Source of the DNA: Syncephalis fuscata S228
Lineage: Eukaryota > Fungi > Zoopagomycota
NCBI GenBank assembly: GCA_025786725.1
Contig: JAHLTZ010000029.1
Coordinates: forward strand, 1 to 64,000
DNA: 64,000 nt
Direction: 5' to 3'
Below, piece after piece: positions 25,139-39,006 of the stretch (position 1 is its first letter; every line of letters begins with the position of its first letter). The notes beneath the pieces were generated by a model. The model saw only the letters and a program-made list of their open reading frames with translations. It searched no databases and was not told the origin of the DNA. The position numbers and the translations under genes are program-made.

Positions 25139-26417
25139 GACGTAGGTAAAGCAGGCAATATAAACTAGCCAACCAATCAATATTTCAATATACACGGCTA
25201 GTCGTCAATGACTGCAGAAAATAGAGAGAAGAAGAAAAGAGTAAGAAAGCGTGTGTAGAAAAGTTGTTCACGTGAAATTGGCTGCAGAATACACGAGCAA
25301 ATAACTACGACGCTACTTTAAGATGGAAGATTGTCAGTTACGAGTAAGTGTGAATGTGTGGGCGTGGATAAGTAAAAACAGGTCGGGAAGCGAAAAACAC
25401 AACGACTAACAAATGATGTACCACCACAATCCACCCACCGTATTCATCACCGTGACTCGTAACTATTACACAGGTGCACACAACGGGTTTAATCAATAGC
25501 TTACCGAATATATATATATAACCGTTTAGATTATATGACTTGTATATATATATAAAGGTATATGTATATGTATATGTATATACGATAAAGCCAGTAAAAT
25601 GATAAATGAGAAATAAAAAATGGAAATGTTATAAAGATCCAAATTAATGACTGGATCCACTGGCGCTATTTAAATTAAATAAAATAAAACAGAACCAGCA
25701 CAATCCATACAAATACATATTAACACGCGCGCGCATATGCTCCTGCTGATAAGCATGTGTTGATATAAACAGAATAACATGAATGGAATACTATCACGAT
25801 GCAAGACACGCGCTTGCATGACTTTGTACGTCAATGGCCCATGTACTTGGCAGTGCTAATCATCCATTGAGTAGCACTGCCGCAACAACGCTGCCGTCGC
25901 GTACATGAACAAATCACACGACCATTGTTCCTGTAATACAACAATTGGCCAGCGGTAGAATATAAACTCCATGCTAAGTGTGGTCTACCATGCGTATTCG
26001 GGCCTACTATCGCCGAACAGCCAATTAAAAATAACTTACGCCAGTAGAAACACGTATTACACCCTTGGCGGTGGCTGGTACAAGTTACATCACTTGCTAT
26101 AGACTGATGTCATATCGAAGGAAGCAATGGTGACTTTACGGTCCAACTGGGCCATCCATATGCTTGTTTTAGCAACATGTGCTCGTGGCTATGCGTGTAC
26201 AAGTACAGAACGTGTCGTATTACAATTGCTAGTTTATGAATAACTAGCAAAGATGGTAAAAATTAGATTAAATTGCGATCCCCTGAAAACATACCCGCTA
26301 TCCATATCTTCTTTTTCTTTTTCTTTTTTCATTATGATTTTATGTCGAGTTGTATAAGGTAAGTACTAGTTGATAAATAGCTATGGATGATATTGTCGAT
26401 GAACATACGGTTGTATA

Positions 26418-26505
26418 GCAGTGATGAGTAAAATTGATAGGGACATCAGAGTGCGATCTATCGCCTTGTTGAGAAAATCAATTGGAATCTCTTTTTTTCT
26501 GAGCA
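26418..26505 (+). ncRNA. SNR64: Box C/D snoRNA, snR64/SNORD74 (U74) homologue guiding 2'-O-methylation of the LSU rRNA C in CUGUCmCCUA
   Basis: Box C GTGATGA 26421-27, guide GATAGGGACA 26436-45 complementary to LSU UGUCCCUAUC, D' CAGA 26447-50, box D CTGA 26499-502. The +5 rule lands on the first C of UGUCCC. It sits in an intron (GTAAGT 26359, TACTAAC 26570, TAG 26598). Confidence 0.8.
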
Positions 26506-27459
26506 TAAACATAGTATGTTTATCAATGTCAATATCGTCTATGCTGTAGCAACACAACTGTAGACAATGTACTAACCAATGCTGTAATTGATTATTAGTA
26601 TATTTTTGGATTATCCTACCGTTCAAGCCCATTTATAGTACATGTAAAATAATAAAATATAATTGTTTAATAATTGATATAATGTTTTTAATATTCGGCT
26701 CTATGTATTTGTGTGTATATAGCAAATGATTTATGTTGGCTTTTACAAGTTACATAAAGCAACTTTTGATTAATTGTATTTCTTATGGTGGTTGATTTAC
26801 TTTGACTCTTACATTTTGAAGCCCAAAGTAAAATTCGTTTTAATTAAAATCATGTCGTTGTTATACGCAACATAGCTATGTTACTTTTTATTAATATATT
26901 TTTAATAAATTGAATTGAATAAACAATGTAACATACCATTTGATTTCTTTGAAACATTTGAAATGGATTATTGTTGTTATTAGCCATATGTAGAAAGATT
27001 GATTGAATATTAATAAAAGCCATATAATCGATACCATGGCATTCTGCATTTGTTGTTGTTGCATTTAATGGTCTCCTCTACTTTCTAATATTTCACTATT
27101 GCATTTTAAGTATATCTGTGATGTAAATCGATATTAATATAATTATTATAAGTGTTGTTTATTAAACAGCCACTTTTCTTATAGTTAATTTGATTAAATA
27201 AATGGCATTTTGAACAATTAATATCATAATGACAATAGATATATTAAAGCAATAATAATGATAATTATTGATTACATTATTGTATCGATAATTACACATG
27301 GATCAATTAATGTCGGATGTAATATTATACATGTAATAGTGATAGATAAATGTTTAATGTTGTCTAAAAGTATTAAGAAAAAGAGAGTGAAATGGGTAAA
27401 TAAAAAATGTGGGAGTACAATAGTTCTATAGTTTTAAGCTTTTCCACATTCCTGTTCAT

Positions 27460-28809
27460 ATGGCCTCCATTTGTCAAGTCGAGCATCTTCCGCGTCGTAA
27501 TACTCGTCGTCCTGCCGGCATTCCGACTCTTGTGCAACTTTGCCAGGCAATACTACGCGCCAATATTCACGGTAATAGCAAAAAAAGACAATGGGTAACT
27601 GTGCACTAATTCCTAGTCTATTTATTACAGTCTTAACCGATGTTGGTGACGTTCCTTTTGAACTCATTGGTCCCGTTCTAGTGCGTTGTAATGCAGAGCA
27701 ATTGCAAACCTTGGAGGTAAATAATCCAGTAAGTTTTTCAAGTTACTTGTACTTGTATTTATGACTATTATTAGCCAATACGTTCACAAACACAAGGTAA
27801 ATTTATCTAGTAATACGTGCTGGCAACACAATAGCTAATACAGACATCTATTAGATTTATGGGAAGCATTGGTGGTGAAGGAATATCCACGTGCTGCCAC
27901 TGAATGTCGTACTTTTGAAAAGCCACCCATATGGCGTAAAGTATATCAGGTAGGTAGAATAGAGCGGCATAGCTATAATTGTCTGACCACCTTCATGACT
28001 AGTGCCATAAGCGAGAAGAACAAGCAAAAATAGATAGATTAAGGCGTAGATTTGAACAGCGCGAACAAGATAAACGACGAGAAGCCCAAGCACGTGTGCG
28101 GCATCAAGCTCATATACCACCGATTTATTCTTATGGACCAACCCTACCTTCTCGATCAGAAGTTAGTAAGTGACTGTTTGCATATTTGTATTGGAATTAA
28201 TCAACGTGGATTGTAGATCGTATGTCGGTAGTACAACGATTACGAGTTCAATCGGCTCGTACGTAAGTTATTCGGATTATTTCATATTTTATTTATTAAA
28301 CTACTTAAACACTTTGTATAATAGACGCAATCAACAGCAAACATCACACTCATCCCTACCAATACATCGTGATACACATCGCAATGACCGAGTTGGAAAT
28401 ACCCAACAACACACAATACACAAAACTACCTCCACTAATCCACCCGTAAATACACCTACTAATGATACACGGCGCTTATCGTCCAATATTCCAACATCTG
28501 CTATTTTGGACAATAAACAGATGGATACATCGGAGTCTGCAGCAACAACGTCCATGCTACGTGTCCGGATAGAACCTACGATACCAGGTCGTTCAGCTAT
28601 TCGTGTCCGTCGCCCCAATTCAGCTATTGCTGATAAAGATCAAAGCAATGCAAGCTATTATAATAAAGCAAAAACAATAGTACAAAGTCGGAAATCACCA
28701 GATAAAGCAGCTGCAGACTTTTTTGCAATTGTAAGTATGACTTATGGCGTTAATATATATATTCACTAATTGGTTTATAAATAAGCTGGGAAATGCAGCA
28801 GCAGCAGCG

Positions 28810-28847
<38 letters not shown>

Positions 28848-28872
28848 TAATAGGCAAGGGAAGCAGAATTAA
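27460..28872 (+). CDS. ELA1: Elongin A-like (Ela1) protein, multi-exon
   Basis: BC-box IPTLVQLCQAIL, LTDVGDVPFELIGPVLVRCNAEQLQTLE, DLWEALVVKEY, WRKVY; ends in polyA/polyS then NRQGKQN*. Confidence 0.75.
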
Positions 28873-29499
28873 TAAAACTGTACTATACTTTATTTATTAT
28901 TTTGCTGCAATATCTATTAGTTTAATGGAAAGAAAACAGTTTGAATTGGTCTATTTAAACATATATATTTTAATCTAAGTAATATAAAGTATTTCGACAA
29001 TGTTTTAAATAACCAAACAGCACTTATATGCTCGTGTAAACAATGATCACTAATTCAATAATCTAATTTACTTTGCAGCTGTATTTACATTTTGTTAAAT
29101 CAGTAGATAAATAATACATTTGGTATGTATCTATCCAGTTCATCATATCTATTTACGCTACAGTCCATGCATTTGATACAGTCATTTTAAACAAATATTC
29201 AATAACTAATAATGCTTTATCATTACAACGCTAAATTCACAGCAAAAACACGTGCATATGACTTTTTAAAATAGTCTAGTCAATTTGTGTTCATAAGTTA
29301 CACTAATATTAGTATATACTTATATTAATCAATACTGATGTGATTTGTAATCACAGACCCACAAACAAACGCACAAACACAAGCGTACTACAGATAAAAT
29401 GCAACAAATCATAACAAAGATCGCAGATAATAATATTGTTGTGTCAAGCATACTTGACAGTGAACATCGGCCATTAGTGCAGTACCACAATAGCTCCGA

Positions 29500-30537
29500 T
29501 TAGACCTCAACATCGGCCATAATGTAGTCATCGTAGTCACCGCCGATGCCCTCGATATCCGATGTAGAATCGGATCCATTGTTACCAGGGGTTGGTAACA
29601 TGCCATTACTAGTCAATCATTAGTGCGTGTAAACATAAACAACACTATTACTTACCTGACGCTATGCAGCGAAAAGTAAAGCATTCGTTTAAGTTTTCGG
29701 TTAAAGAAGAAGTAGTTGTATGACCATCTAGATAAAATATTGGTTAGCAATTTATAAGCAATCATCAATAGCAAATACGCGTCTTACAGGGAGCACTCAT
29801 AAGGATCAGACTCAAGGTCAGGGGTGTAGCAGTAAATACTGCAGTCATCCAGTTGAATTACATTGTCTAGCGTGTCCCAAAATTGGTAATCACGTAATAA
29901 ATGTCCTCGACCTACGTTCATAAGTGTGGTAGTAATATTAGTGACAACAACATTAAAGTTGTCGACTTTGGTAAACTGTTCGGGTTTTACATCGCTAAAT
30001 AAGAATGTTCGTTAGCTGTGAGCATTATGGCGGCGACCAAAAAGCCCGGCAAAACTTACCTAAAGTCATAGTCGGGAAAAGAAGCGTTAAGCGTAGCAAT
30101 AAGGTAGAATAACGTGCGGCGCGACGATGGCTGGTCCAACGGGCCAAACGGTGAGCTACTTAGACTTCCAGAATGTATAGCCGGCGGTGATAGACTCCAT
30201 GCGTCCGCTCCAGGCATTCGATGCTCGGCCATCGGACTAAGACTGTGTGCATCCAGGCTACCATCGTATTTTTGGTCGATAAACCGTAGTAACTTTTTAT
30301 CATTGCCGGCGTTTTTGCCTGCCAATCCATGACGCGCAAGTCAGGAAGCGGTAAGCGAAGAATCCTCTATACACTAATAACTAAACCACCACACGCACAC
30401 TAACACGCAACATGCAAGCACAGCGCAAGATACGCACACGAATAGGCCTCTAGACGGCCGAATACATGACAGTCAATGGTCTCAAAGTCAAGTCCGTTGC
30501 CAATTACTTCAAGCTCGGGGAATTGTAGGAATTTCAT
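29500..30537 (-). CDS. MAF1: Repressor of RNA polymerase III transcription Maf1
   Basis: [62 protein letters not shown]. Confidence 0.93.
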
Positions 30538-30885
30538 CGTACGAATATGGCATATACCAGACCGCGGATAGGTAGATAGTGATTGCGCAAACAATGCAAA
30601 GGATGGTACTGTTGGTAGATGATAAGGAAGGGTGGGTGGGTGTATGCGTACTGGCTGTGTGGGTAGAGAAGTGGTAGTCATAAAAGGTGGCCAAACCGCA
30701 TGTGACATAGAAACGAGGCCGTCCAGCAAATTTGCTAGTTTCAAAAGTTATACAGTTCTTGGCTGACAACATGACATCAGTGCACGCGTCGGGATATCAT
30801 GCTAGTGCAATCGATTCTACTCTTTTGTTTTACAAACCACCAGGACTATACATATATAGCAACTAGCATTTGCTTGCTTATTGTC

Positions 30886-32886
30886 ATGTCGCATCCAATG
30901 TCCCGCAATGCCAGTCGGCATCTACTGGCTGCACTACGCTCCACCCGTCCAGCTGGTGCCAGTGCAGCTGCAGCTCGTGCACTACATATGCGCGCATCAG
31001 CCAGTATGATTGGCTCTCTATCCACGCGCCCCAGTCTAAAGTATGTAACGGCAGCTAGCAAACAACACATTAATGCAGCATTCTAACGCAATCTGACGGT
31101 AATTAGGCAAGCATCGGAACGTATTGCGCCCATTTATAAACTGGCCCTCGTACAAAGTCGCGGTTATGGTAATGGAGCATAATCAGAAAAATCAAAATCT
31201 AACAAATCCATAATACTACCAACTGGTAATTATAGCGGACGTTACGGTCAAGGTACCTGGCATGGGTGACTCTATTACAGAAGGCACTTTGAAGCAATGG
31301 AACAAACGTAAGTGATGCAAAGCAATGGCAATAAGATGGTAAACAATTATGGCTAACAACACAATATGCATTTAGAGGTCGGCGATTTTGTCGAACAAGA
31401 CGAAGAAGTCGCATCAATTGAAACTGATAAGGTAAGCGGCATGTAGCAACTAGATATATTTTATTAAGCATAGAATGTGTATTTAGATTGATGTACCAGT
31501 CAATGCACCAAGTGCCGGTAAAATCACCAAATTGTTCTACAATGAAGAAGACACCGTGGCAGTCGGCGCAGATCTATTTGCCATTGAGGCAGGTGCAGCC
31601 AAACCAGCAGGTAAGAAAATAAAATATTCATAAACTATTTAAGACCAATTTACTAATTTAACGATTATTATTTGTTATTATTTTAGGAGAAACGACTGCT
31701 GCTCCCAAAAAGGCACCTGAACCAGTAAAGGAATCAAAACCAACTCCTCCTCCAAGTAAGTAGTCATTCAACACTACATAGTAATCTGTAACTAATGCGT
31801 AACTAATAGCTCCAAGTGCACAGCCTGCTAAACCAGCCACTACTACGGCACCACCTACTCCTCCACCATCGGCTTCAGCATCACCAGTCCAGGCTGCAGT
31901 TAAATCGACACCTGCACCTGCACCTAAAGCACCCGCATTGGCCCCGGCTGCGCCCGATTCGACTGCCAATAAGATCCGTTTTGATCAGCGGGAAGAACGC
32001 CGGGTAAATTATATACTACTCCGACTATTGATTTAACAACACACTAATGACAACCGTGATTATTGTAATCATTAGGTAAAAATGAACCGCATGCGCCTTC
32101 GTATTTCTGAACGTCTAAAGGAATCACAAAATACGGCTGCTTCCTTGACAACCTTCAACGAAATTGATATGACGTAAGTTACAATAATAAGGAGTTAATA
32201 CAAAGCAATTCATATTTTCTTTAGTAATATTATGAATCTACGCTCCACATACAAGGATGCCGTATTAAAGAAACACGGTGTTAAACTTGGTTTCATGTCA
32301 GCCTTTGTACGTGCTTCGTGCGTTGCCCTTTCTGAAGTACCTATGGTCAATGCATCGATTGAAGGACCAAACGGCGGTGATACGATTGTTTATCGCGATT
32401 ATGCCGATATTAGTGTTGCAGTAGCCACACCTAAAGGTCTAGTTACACCTGTTCTACGTAACGCTGAATCCATGTCATTTATTGAAGTGGAACAAGCAAT
32501 TATCGAATTAGGCGTCAAGGTAAGTTTGTTAACACACTATTATTAGAATAACTATTAACTATTAACTATTATTATTATTAAAGGCTCGTGAGAATAAGCT
32601 AACACTTGAAGATATGACCGGTGGTACATTTACCATTTCTAATGGCGGTGTCTTTGGATCACTTATGGGCACACCAATTATTAATATGCCACAAGCAGCC
32701 ATTCTTGGTATGCATGCCATCAAGGAACGTCCTATTGCCGTCAATGGCAAGGTAGAGATCCGTCCTATGATGTATGTGGCACTTACCTACGATCATCGTA
32801 TTATCGATGGACGTGAGGCAGTTACCTTCTTGATTAAATTGAAAGAGGCCGTTGAAGATCCTAGACGCTTATTGTTGAACGTTTAA
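30886..32886 (+). CDS. KGD2: 2-oxoglutarate dehydrogenase E2 (dihydrolipoamide succinyltransferase)
   Basis: Presequence, lipoyl domain [54 protein letters not shown]. Confidence 0.95.
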
Positions 32887-33020
32887 CAACATGAGTATTA
32901 GCAGCAATCAATAGCACAATAATAAATGAAAGGTTTATTTTTTCTACTCCTTTACAACTATTACCACGCTTAGTTACTAATAACATTTACTAATAACATC
33001 ATCATCATCATCATCGGTGG

Positions 33021-36000
33021 TTATTCTGAATCAGACTCAACTAATGATAACTCGGGTTCCGAGTCTTCATTGTTACTTGCAGAGATGATGATGATGATGG
33101 CAATGGTTGTTGTTTAACTGGACGAGAACGTGGTGTACGTTTAGGCCGTGTCTTTAAATAATTAATTAATACATATATCAATTATAATTAACTATTAATT
33201 AACTTACAGGTGGTGTAGCTTCAGCCATTTCTGTATCTGAAGAAGCAGTTTTGTTTTTTTCTTCTTCTTCATCATCGGAAAAGTCATCATTCTGTTTAGT
33301 TGGTGTCTTTCTTTGATTAGATGTACGTCTAGTGCCTGATTCATTAGCTGCGGCACGACCACGACCACGTCCTCGGCCACGACCTCGTGTCTAATTCAAT
33401 CAATCAATTAATTTATTAATATTAAATTATTGTAAAAATATGTTTTATTACTTACAACAGGTGTACTTGTTGCCTCGTCAGTGGTAGCTGCTACTTTTTT
33501 CTTTGCCCTGCTGCTTCTAATATATATATTATTTAAATTAATATAAATCCTTGCACCTATTATTTACTACTTACGTCCTCGTGGTGTTCGTGTCTTTCCT
33601 GTTGCTGTCTTTGCTGCCTTCTCTAATGTCGCCTGCTGACTACCGCTTGCTTCACGTCGTTCTGTAATACGTCGCTCAAGATCATCAATCATTAGCTTGA
33701 CCTCAGCTCGTTGTATCTTTTGCATTCGTGCCTAATTACAATAAATTAATAATAATACTCTATTAATAACTATTTAACATTACTTTTTGGATAATATCGG
33801 TAAAATACTTGAATAATACATCTTCAAATAACTTGTCTTCATAAAGCGGCATTGCATCAAGTAGTTTCTTTAAACTACGTTCCGTCTTAAATGGCAATTG
33901 AGACAAACAGAAGCCAGTATCGCGCCATTGTCGATGATCATCGCTATTCTTGAATCGTAAACATAGCTTTTCCACAATATTATCCGCATGCTTATCCTGC
34001 AATAGTAATTAATTAATTAATTAGTTAATTATATTGTATTAAGTAATTACTATTCATTACCTTTATAAATTCAAATAAGAATTTCATAATACGAATAAAT
34101 TGTTGTTCATCAACGGCATTTGCACCAACTGACAAATGACTAATAATATCCGGTAAGTTATTATAGACTGCATTATCTTTTGATGCCAATTCCGTAAAGA
34201 ATAGCTTTGACAGATCACTAATACGTTGATCAGGATCTTCAATACATTTGGCCATCTCGCCAAGCTGTCCTTTAACCTTAACCATGCCATTAAGAATTAA
34301 ATGGGTCAACACCATAAGTGTGTTCTTTTTAACAGCCAGATCTGGATCAGTTAAGCGCTTATACACATACGAAATATTCTCTTCTATAAGATGATTGAAG
34401 CAAACAGCAATATCACCGAGAGCAATCATAATATTACTGCGAATAGTTGGTTCTTGTGATTTTTCAAGAATAGTCAATAGAAGCGGTAAATGACGCTCAC
34501 AGAACTCGGCGCTTACGCACATAAACTTGGTGAGTGCAACTGTGGCTGCCGTTTGTAAAGTAACATTCTATTAGTACATAATATGATTAGTAGTACAATT
34601 AAATAACTATTATTAACTTACAGAAAATGTCTTATTGTTGCTGCAAATATAGACAATCATAGGTCCAAACACCGTAAGTAGAGAGTGTTTGCCGTATAAT
34701 AGTTCTTTCTCTCGTACTTGAGCAATAGAATCAGCTATATCATCTTCTGCGGTACCAGTAACTTGGTCAAGTTCATCGTCACCCTGAGCCGCTTTCTTCT
34801 CCTTTTCTAGTGCTTTCTTTTTATCTTTATTTATAGACATCATAATTAGTATCCCATTAGTAATGCTATCTATATTAACAAACCTGATTCTTCATTTTTA
34901 CGCCGCTTCAATTCAGCTTCAATCAGTTCAATATGGACAATTTGCTTAATACCAATATGGCCAGCTAAGAATACCAATTGACTCAATTCATATGGCGATG
35001 TAAAGCAGTCAATTGGCACTGTATCTTCTTCCATGTCCTCGGCGGTAGCTGTAGCATCGATAGGACTTGATTTGAAGATGGCTCCTGCTTTGGTACGTAG
35101 CATATCAGTGCAGATCTCGTCAGGATGCTCACTTAGTAAATAAATGGCATTAATGGCTTGTTCTGCCACTGGGAACCTATTCAATAATATTCGATAATAT
35201 TTATTATAATTATTTAATCTATTATCTATACAACACTATTGCTATTATTTACCATTCAGAGGATGTACATGGTGTTTCAATTAATTCTTTAAGGCGTCGG
35301 AATATTGCATGATCCTTTGGAAATCGAACCTGTTTCTTTTCAACACCACCTAATTATCAATATAATTGGTTATTAATTACCAATTGTTACTATAGCGGCA
35401 ATACAAATACTAACCTTTACCCTTGCGCTTTACTTCTAATAAACGCTGTAAAGCAACACATGTATATTTTGCTAAAGATAAATCATCCTGTAACCAATCA
35501 TTTGATATATTATAAATATTGCATAGTAACTTTAGACAAATACTTACTCGTCCAAATTGGCCCAGACCTATTTTCAATAATAGATCTACGTGATCAGTTA
35601 CAACTTCTTTCTTGGTCACTGCCAACATGCCAAGAATGATAATAGCGCCACGTCTTTGTAGTGCTGGCATATTGGTCTTGTTATAACCTAACATATTGTT
35701 ATTATTGTTATTATTATTTATCCAATAAATAACTTACTGTAGACAGACCATAATTTACGAATGACATCAAATGGTACCAAATCTTCCGACATCATTGTAG
35801 CAACCAATTGTTCTAGCGATGTTAATTCGGCCAATGTTGTATTAAACGTCAAACTAACAGATAGTACAGTTAGTTGTAAATACAACTGTATTAATAGTTC
35901 ATTTCAAGTACCTAATAAGTTTACGGGCCATTAAATTGATATTATCCTTAGTTGACAGCGATGGAATAGGCGACAAGTAAAGACTTTTGTAACAGTCAAT

Positions 36001-38631
36001 CAATCGACCACGTACACCTTTCGTCTCATCGGCTCCGGCATCTTTAGTCCAAATTAAATGAACCATTCGTCGAATACCCTCCTATTAAATAGTCAATACT
36101 ATTCATTTTGTATATCTATATGTTCATAGTTAATCATTTGAAATTACCTGGGCCGACCTATTTTGTAATAATGAGCAGTAACAAAGAATTCCATAGCATC
36201 AATCACCTCAGTCTTATTGGTTGATGCCAATAATTGACATAGAATAGGAACGGCATCATCAATTTGACGGCTGAATCGAATGGCATCTGTATAATAGCGC
36301 TGTAATAATTGCAACTTCATATATTCATTGGCTGTAGCAGGGTCCAATAGGCGTGTCTCGACGCTAGCAATCACGTCCATCTCAATAGGTGCTGCTCATT
36401 ATCCACTGGCTTATTTTCTTCATCCTCTTGTTCTTGATCTGACGATGATGATTTAGGTACTAGGGCAATTGGTACTCCTTGTTCATCAATATCCATAACG
36501 ATACATCGGCGTCTAAACCTTCTTCATTTTCTGTTTGTTTTACTGATGATTCGGGTGTAACCATACCCTCAGGCAATGACATGGACTAATTAAATGTAAA
36601 TAAATACAGATTCATATACATTACATAGCAATTAATTACCTCAATTCTCTGTGTAATCTCGCCATATTTGGACTCAAATAATGAAAGAGAAAGCTCGCCG
36701 CCATCCATAACAAATGGATGTGTTTCAATAAATTTACCAAGTACTCTTATAGCATTGGAGCGTACGTGGCTACTTTTGTCTTCAAGTCGGCTGATAGTCA
36801 AGTCAATTAACTTTTGACGACGCTTTGGAAACTTGGCCTTTCCACTAAATAGTAATTAATAAAGAGTCAATACAACAATAATGGATTACGTAATAATAAT
36901 AATACTAGTAACAATACTTACTCGCATAATTTACCACATAATTGTAGTACTTTACAACGACAAAATGAGTTGACATCACGGAATCGCTCTTCAACAATAT
37001 CAAAGAATGCTTCAATCTGCTTTGACTGTGTCTCATCGGGTTCTTGTGAAAGTAAAAACACAAGAATGTATCCAATAGTTTCAATAACTGCCATCCTCAT
37101 AGTATACGACTAGAACGGTAATAAGAATTTATAGTTTAATGTATCGTTTAATTACATACCTCGCTATCCAAATGTTTGGCAAGATGTACCATTTGTTTAA
37201 GTACGACACGTGGTGCAATTTCTGATAATCGTACAAGAAACTTGGAAAAGTTTTTAGGGCCTGTTGTATCTTGTGCATTGAATTCCTTGTTGGATATTTC
37301 ACTATATTTATTATATTTCTATTAATAAAGGTATGATGTTGTATCTAGCATAAGTACTTACCATAATACACTATCAGCCAGTTGTGAGTAGCCGAATTGA
37401 TCGGCTACTAATGCAAGAAGATCAGCCATTGGCTGGGATAAATGTTCGTAGTATTGTAAATTCTGCATCATTGTCGTTTGAGCCGCTATATTGTAGTTGA
37501 TTAATAGCTACTACAATTGCATACTTATACATATATATATATATATACTACATACCAAATCCATGGTTATGATGTTTAATACAGCTACCAATAAGCGAAT
37601 AGATTGCTGTACGCATGGCTCCTAACTTCAAATAGTTGACGTTCTCCATTAACAAATAGGCAGGCTTGGTAACAAGACTATAAAGTTATTTAATAAATAT
37701 GAATTAAATAGCCAATTAGCAGTTTTAGCTTACTTGATAAATGTATCCAATTCTGGTCCTGTTTCCCAAATACGTGATAATCTTAATCGACTGCATCGAC
37801 GTACTGTATCCAATAAGCGACTACGTTGAGATGACCAATCCCAATGATCATCTGCATCATCCGATGTAGCCTTTTTCTTTAATCCTCTACCACGCTGTAG
37901 TAAATAGTATTAAATAAAATATACGCTATTAATATACTAACTATATAATATATGAAGTGTATTACCTTAACACGGGTGGGAGCAGCTGCCGCTTCACTGG
38001 CATTACGTGCATTTTCACGAGATTCAGCAACGGCTGTTAACCATTGTAATAGAAAAGCATATCGCTCTAAAGCATCACGGTGCAGTCCCAAACTGCCACC
38101 CGCCGTGGTAGATTGAGATTCACGCGTTACAAGCTCAATATGAGCTGTCATACCTATTAAGCCATTAATATGAATTATAAAATTAATACACGCGTATTTT
38201 TACTCTTATACTAACTACAACCAACTCCATCTTAACTTACCGGTAAGTAGGACATCGACAACACGATTACATATATGAGGGCGTAGTAAAGAAAAGTCCC
38301 TAAGTGATTTAAGTATAAATATATGGCTGTAGCTATTGTTATTACAGCCGCTGATTCACTTACCGAATGAAACAGCGCAGTTTGTCGAAAAGCTTTGTTT
38401 CAGTAACATTTAACGGTGATTCCTCAAGACGATCAACAACATCTAAAGCGAACAAACAGTACAGCTAAGCAACTACGCTATACTTTCTACCTGGCCGCCA
38501 GCTGACTACTTACCGTTCAAGTGATCGTGGATACTTTCTGCGCCGAGATGTTCTAAACGAATGTCATATTCAATCTCCACTTCTCCTTCCTGTATTTCAA
38601 GTAACGCGTCTGCAATATTTAGCTGACTCAT
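33021..38631 (-). CDS. YCS4: Condensin HEAT subunit Ycs4/Cnd1/CAP-D2 (many exons, a few frameshifts)
   Basis: ERFRDVNSFCRCKVLQ, RLEDKSSHVRSNAI, DDELDQVTGTAEDD, MCVSAEFCERHLPLL, LTHLILNGMVKVKGQLGEMAKC, YNNLPDIISHL. Confidence 0.93.
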
Positions 38632-38694
38632 TGTAGCAACGAATTATACGTGCGACAACAATAATTGCAGTAAAAGTTGTGTATATACTTGTGT

Positions 38695-38700
38695 ACGCGT
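38695..38700. promoter_or_regulatory. MCB-like element ACGCGT in the YCS4/PCH2 divergent promoter
   Basis: Exact ACGCGT ~65 bp upstream of the YCS4 start; another lies at 52215-52220 upstream of APC1. A 6-mer alone is weak evidence. Confidence 0.35.
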
Positions 38701-39006
38701 ATAATGTTAACCTGTTCAAATGGTTATTTCAATAGGAAAAGTGATAATTACAGTGATCATGCAAACACATTACAAAAAAATAACAAAAATTATAATTTAA
38801 TTAGATTACTTGACTAAAAACACGTCGTCCCTTTACTGACCAACTAGTTTAAAGACAAATTCCCATCACCGTGAATACTATTCTATACTACAAGCTACAA
38901 CTTGTTTATATTATATTATATTATATTATAGTTGATAGTGCTATTGAATACGTATGGAATAAAAGATAGTATTTACTATTGTCTGATTACCAACAGCTAC
39001 CTCTTC

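Noticed and set aside
25780-26300. Assignment of the structured island to RNase P/MRP, SRP or U3
   Set aside because: Only partial look-alikes (ACAGAACGTGTC, GAAGGAAGCA, TTTCAGGGGATC) without the required partner motifs or spacing.
28793-28978. Poly-His ORF (possible metal-binding peptide)
   Set aside because: It is an alternative frame of a (TCA)n tract that encodes poly-Ser in the last exon of the Elongin A gene.
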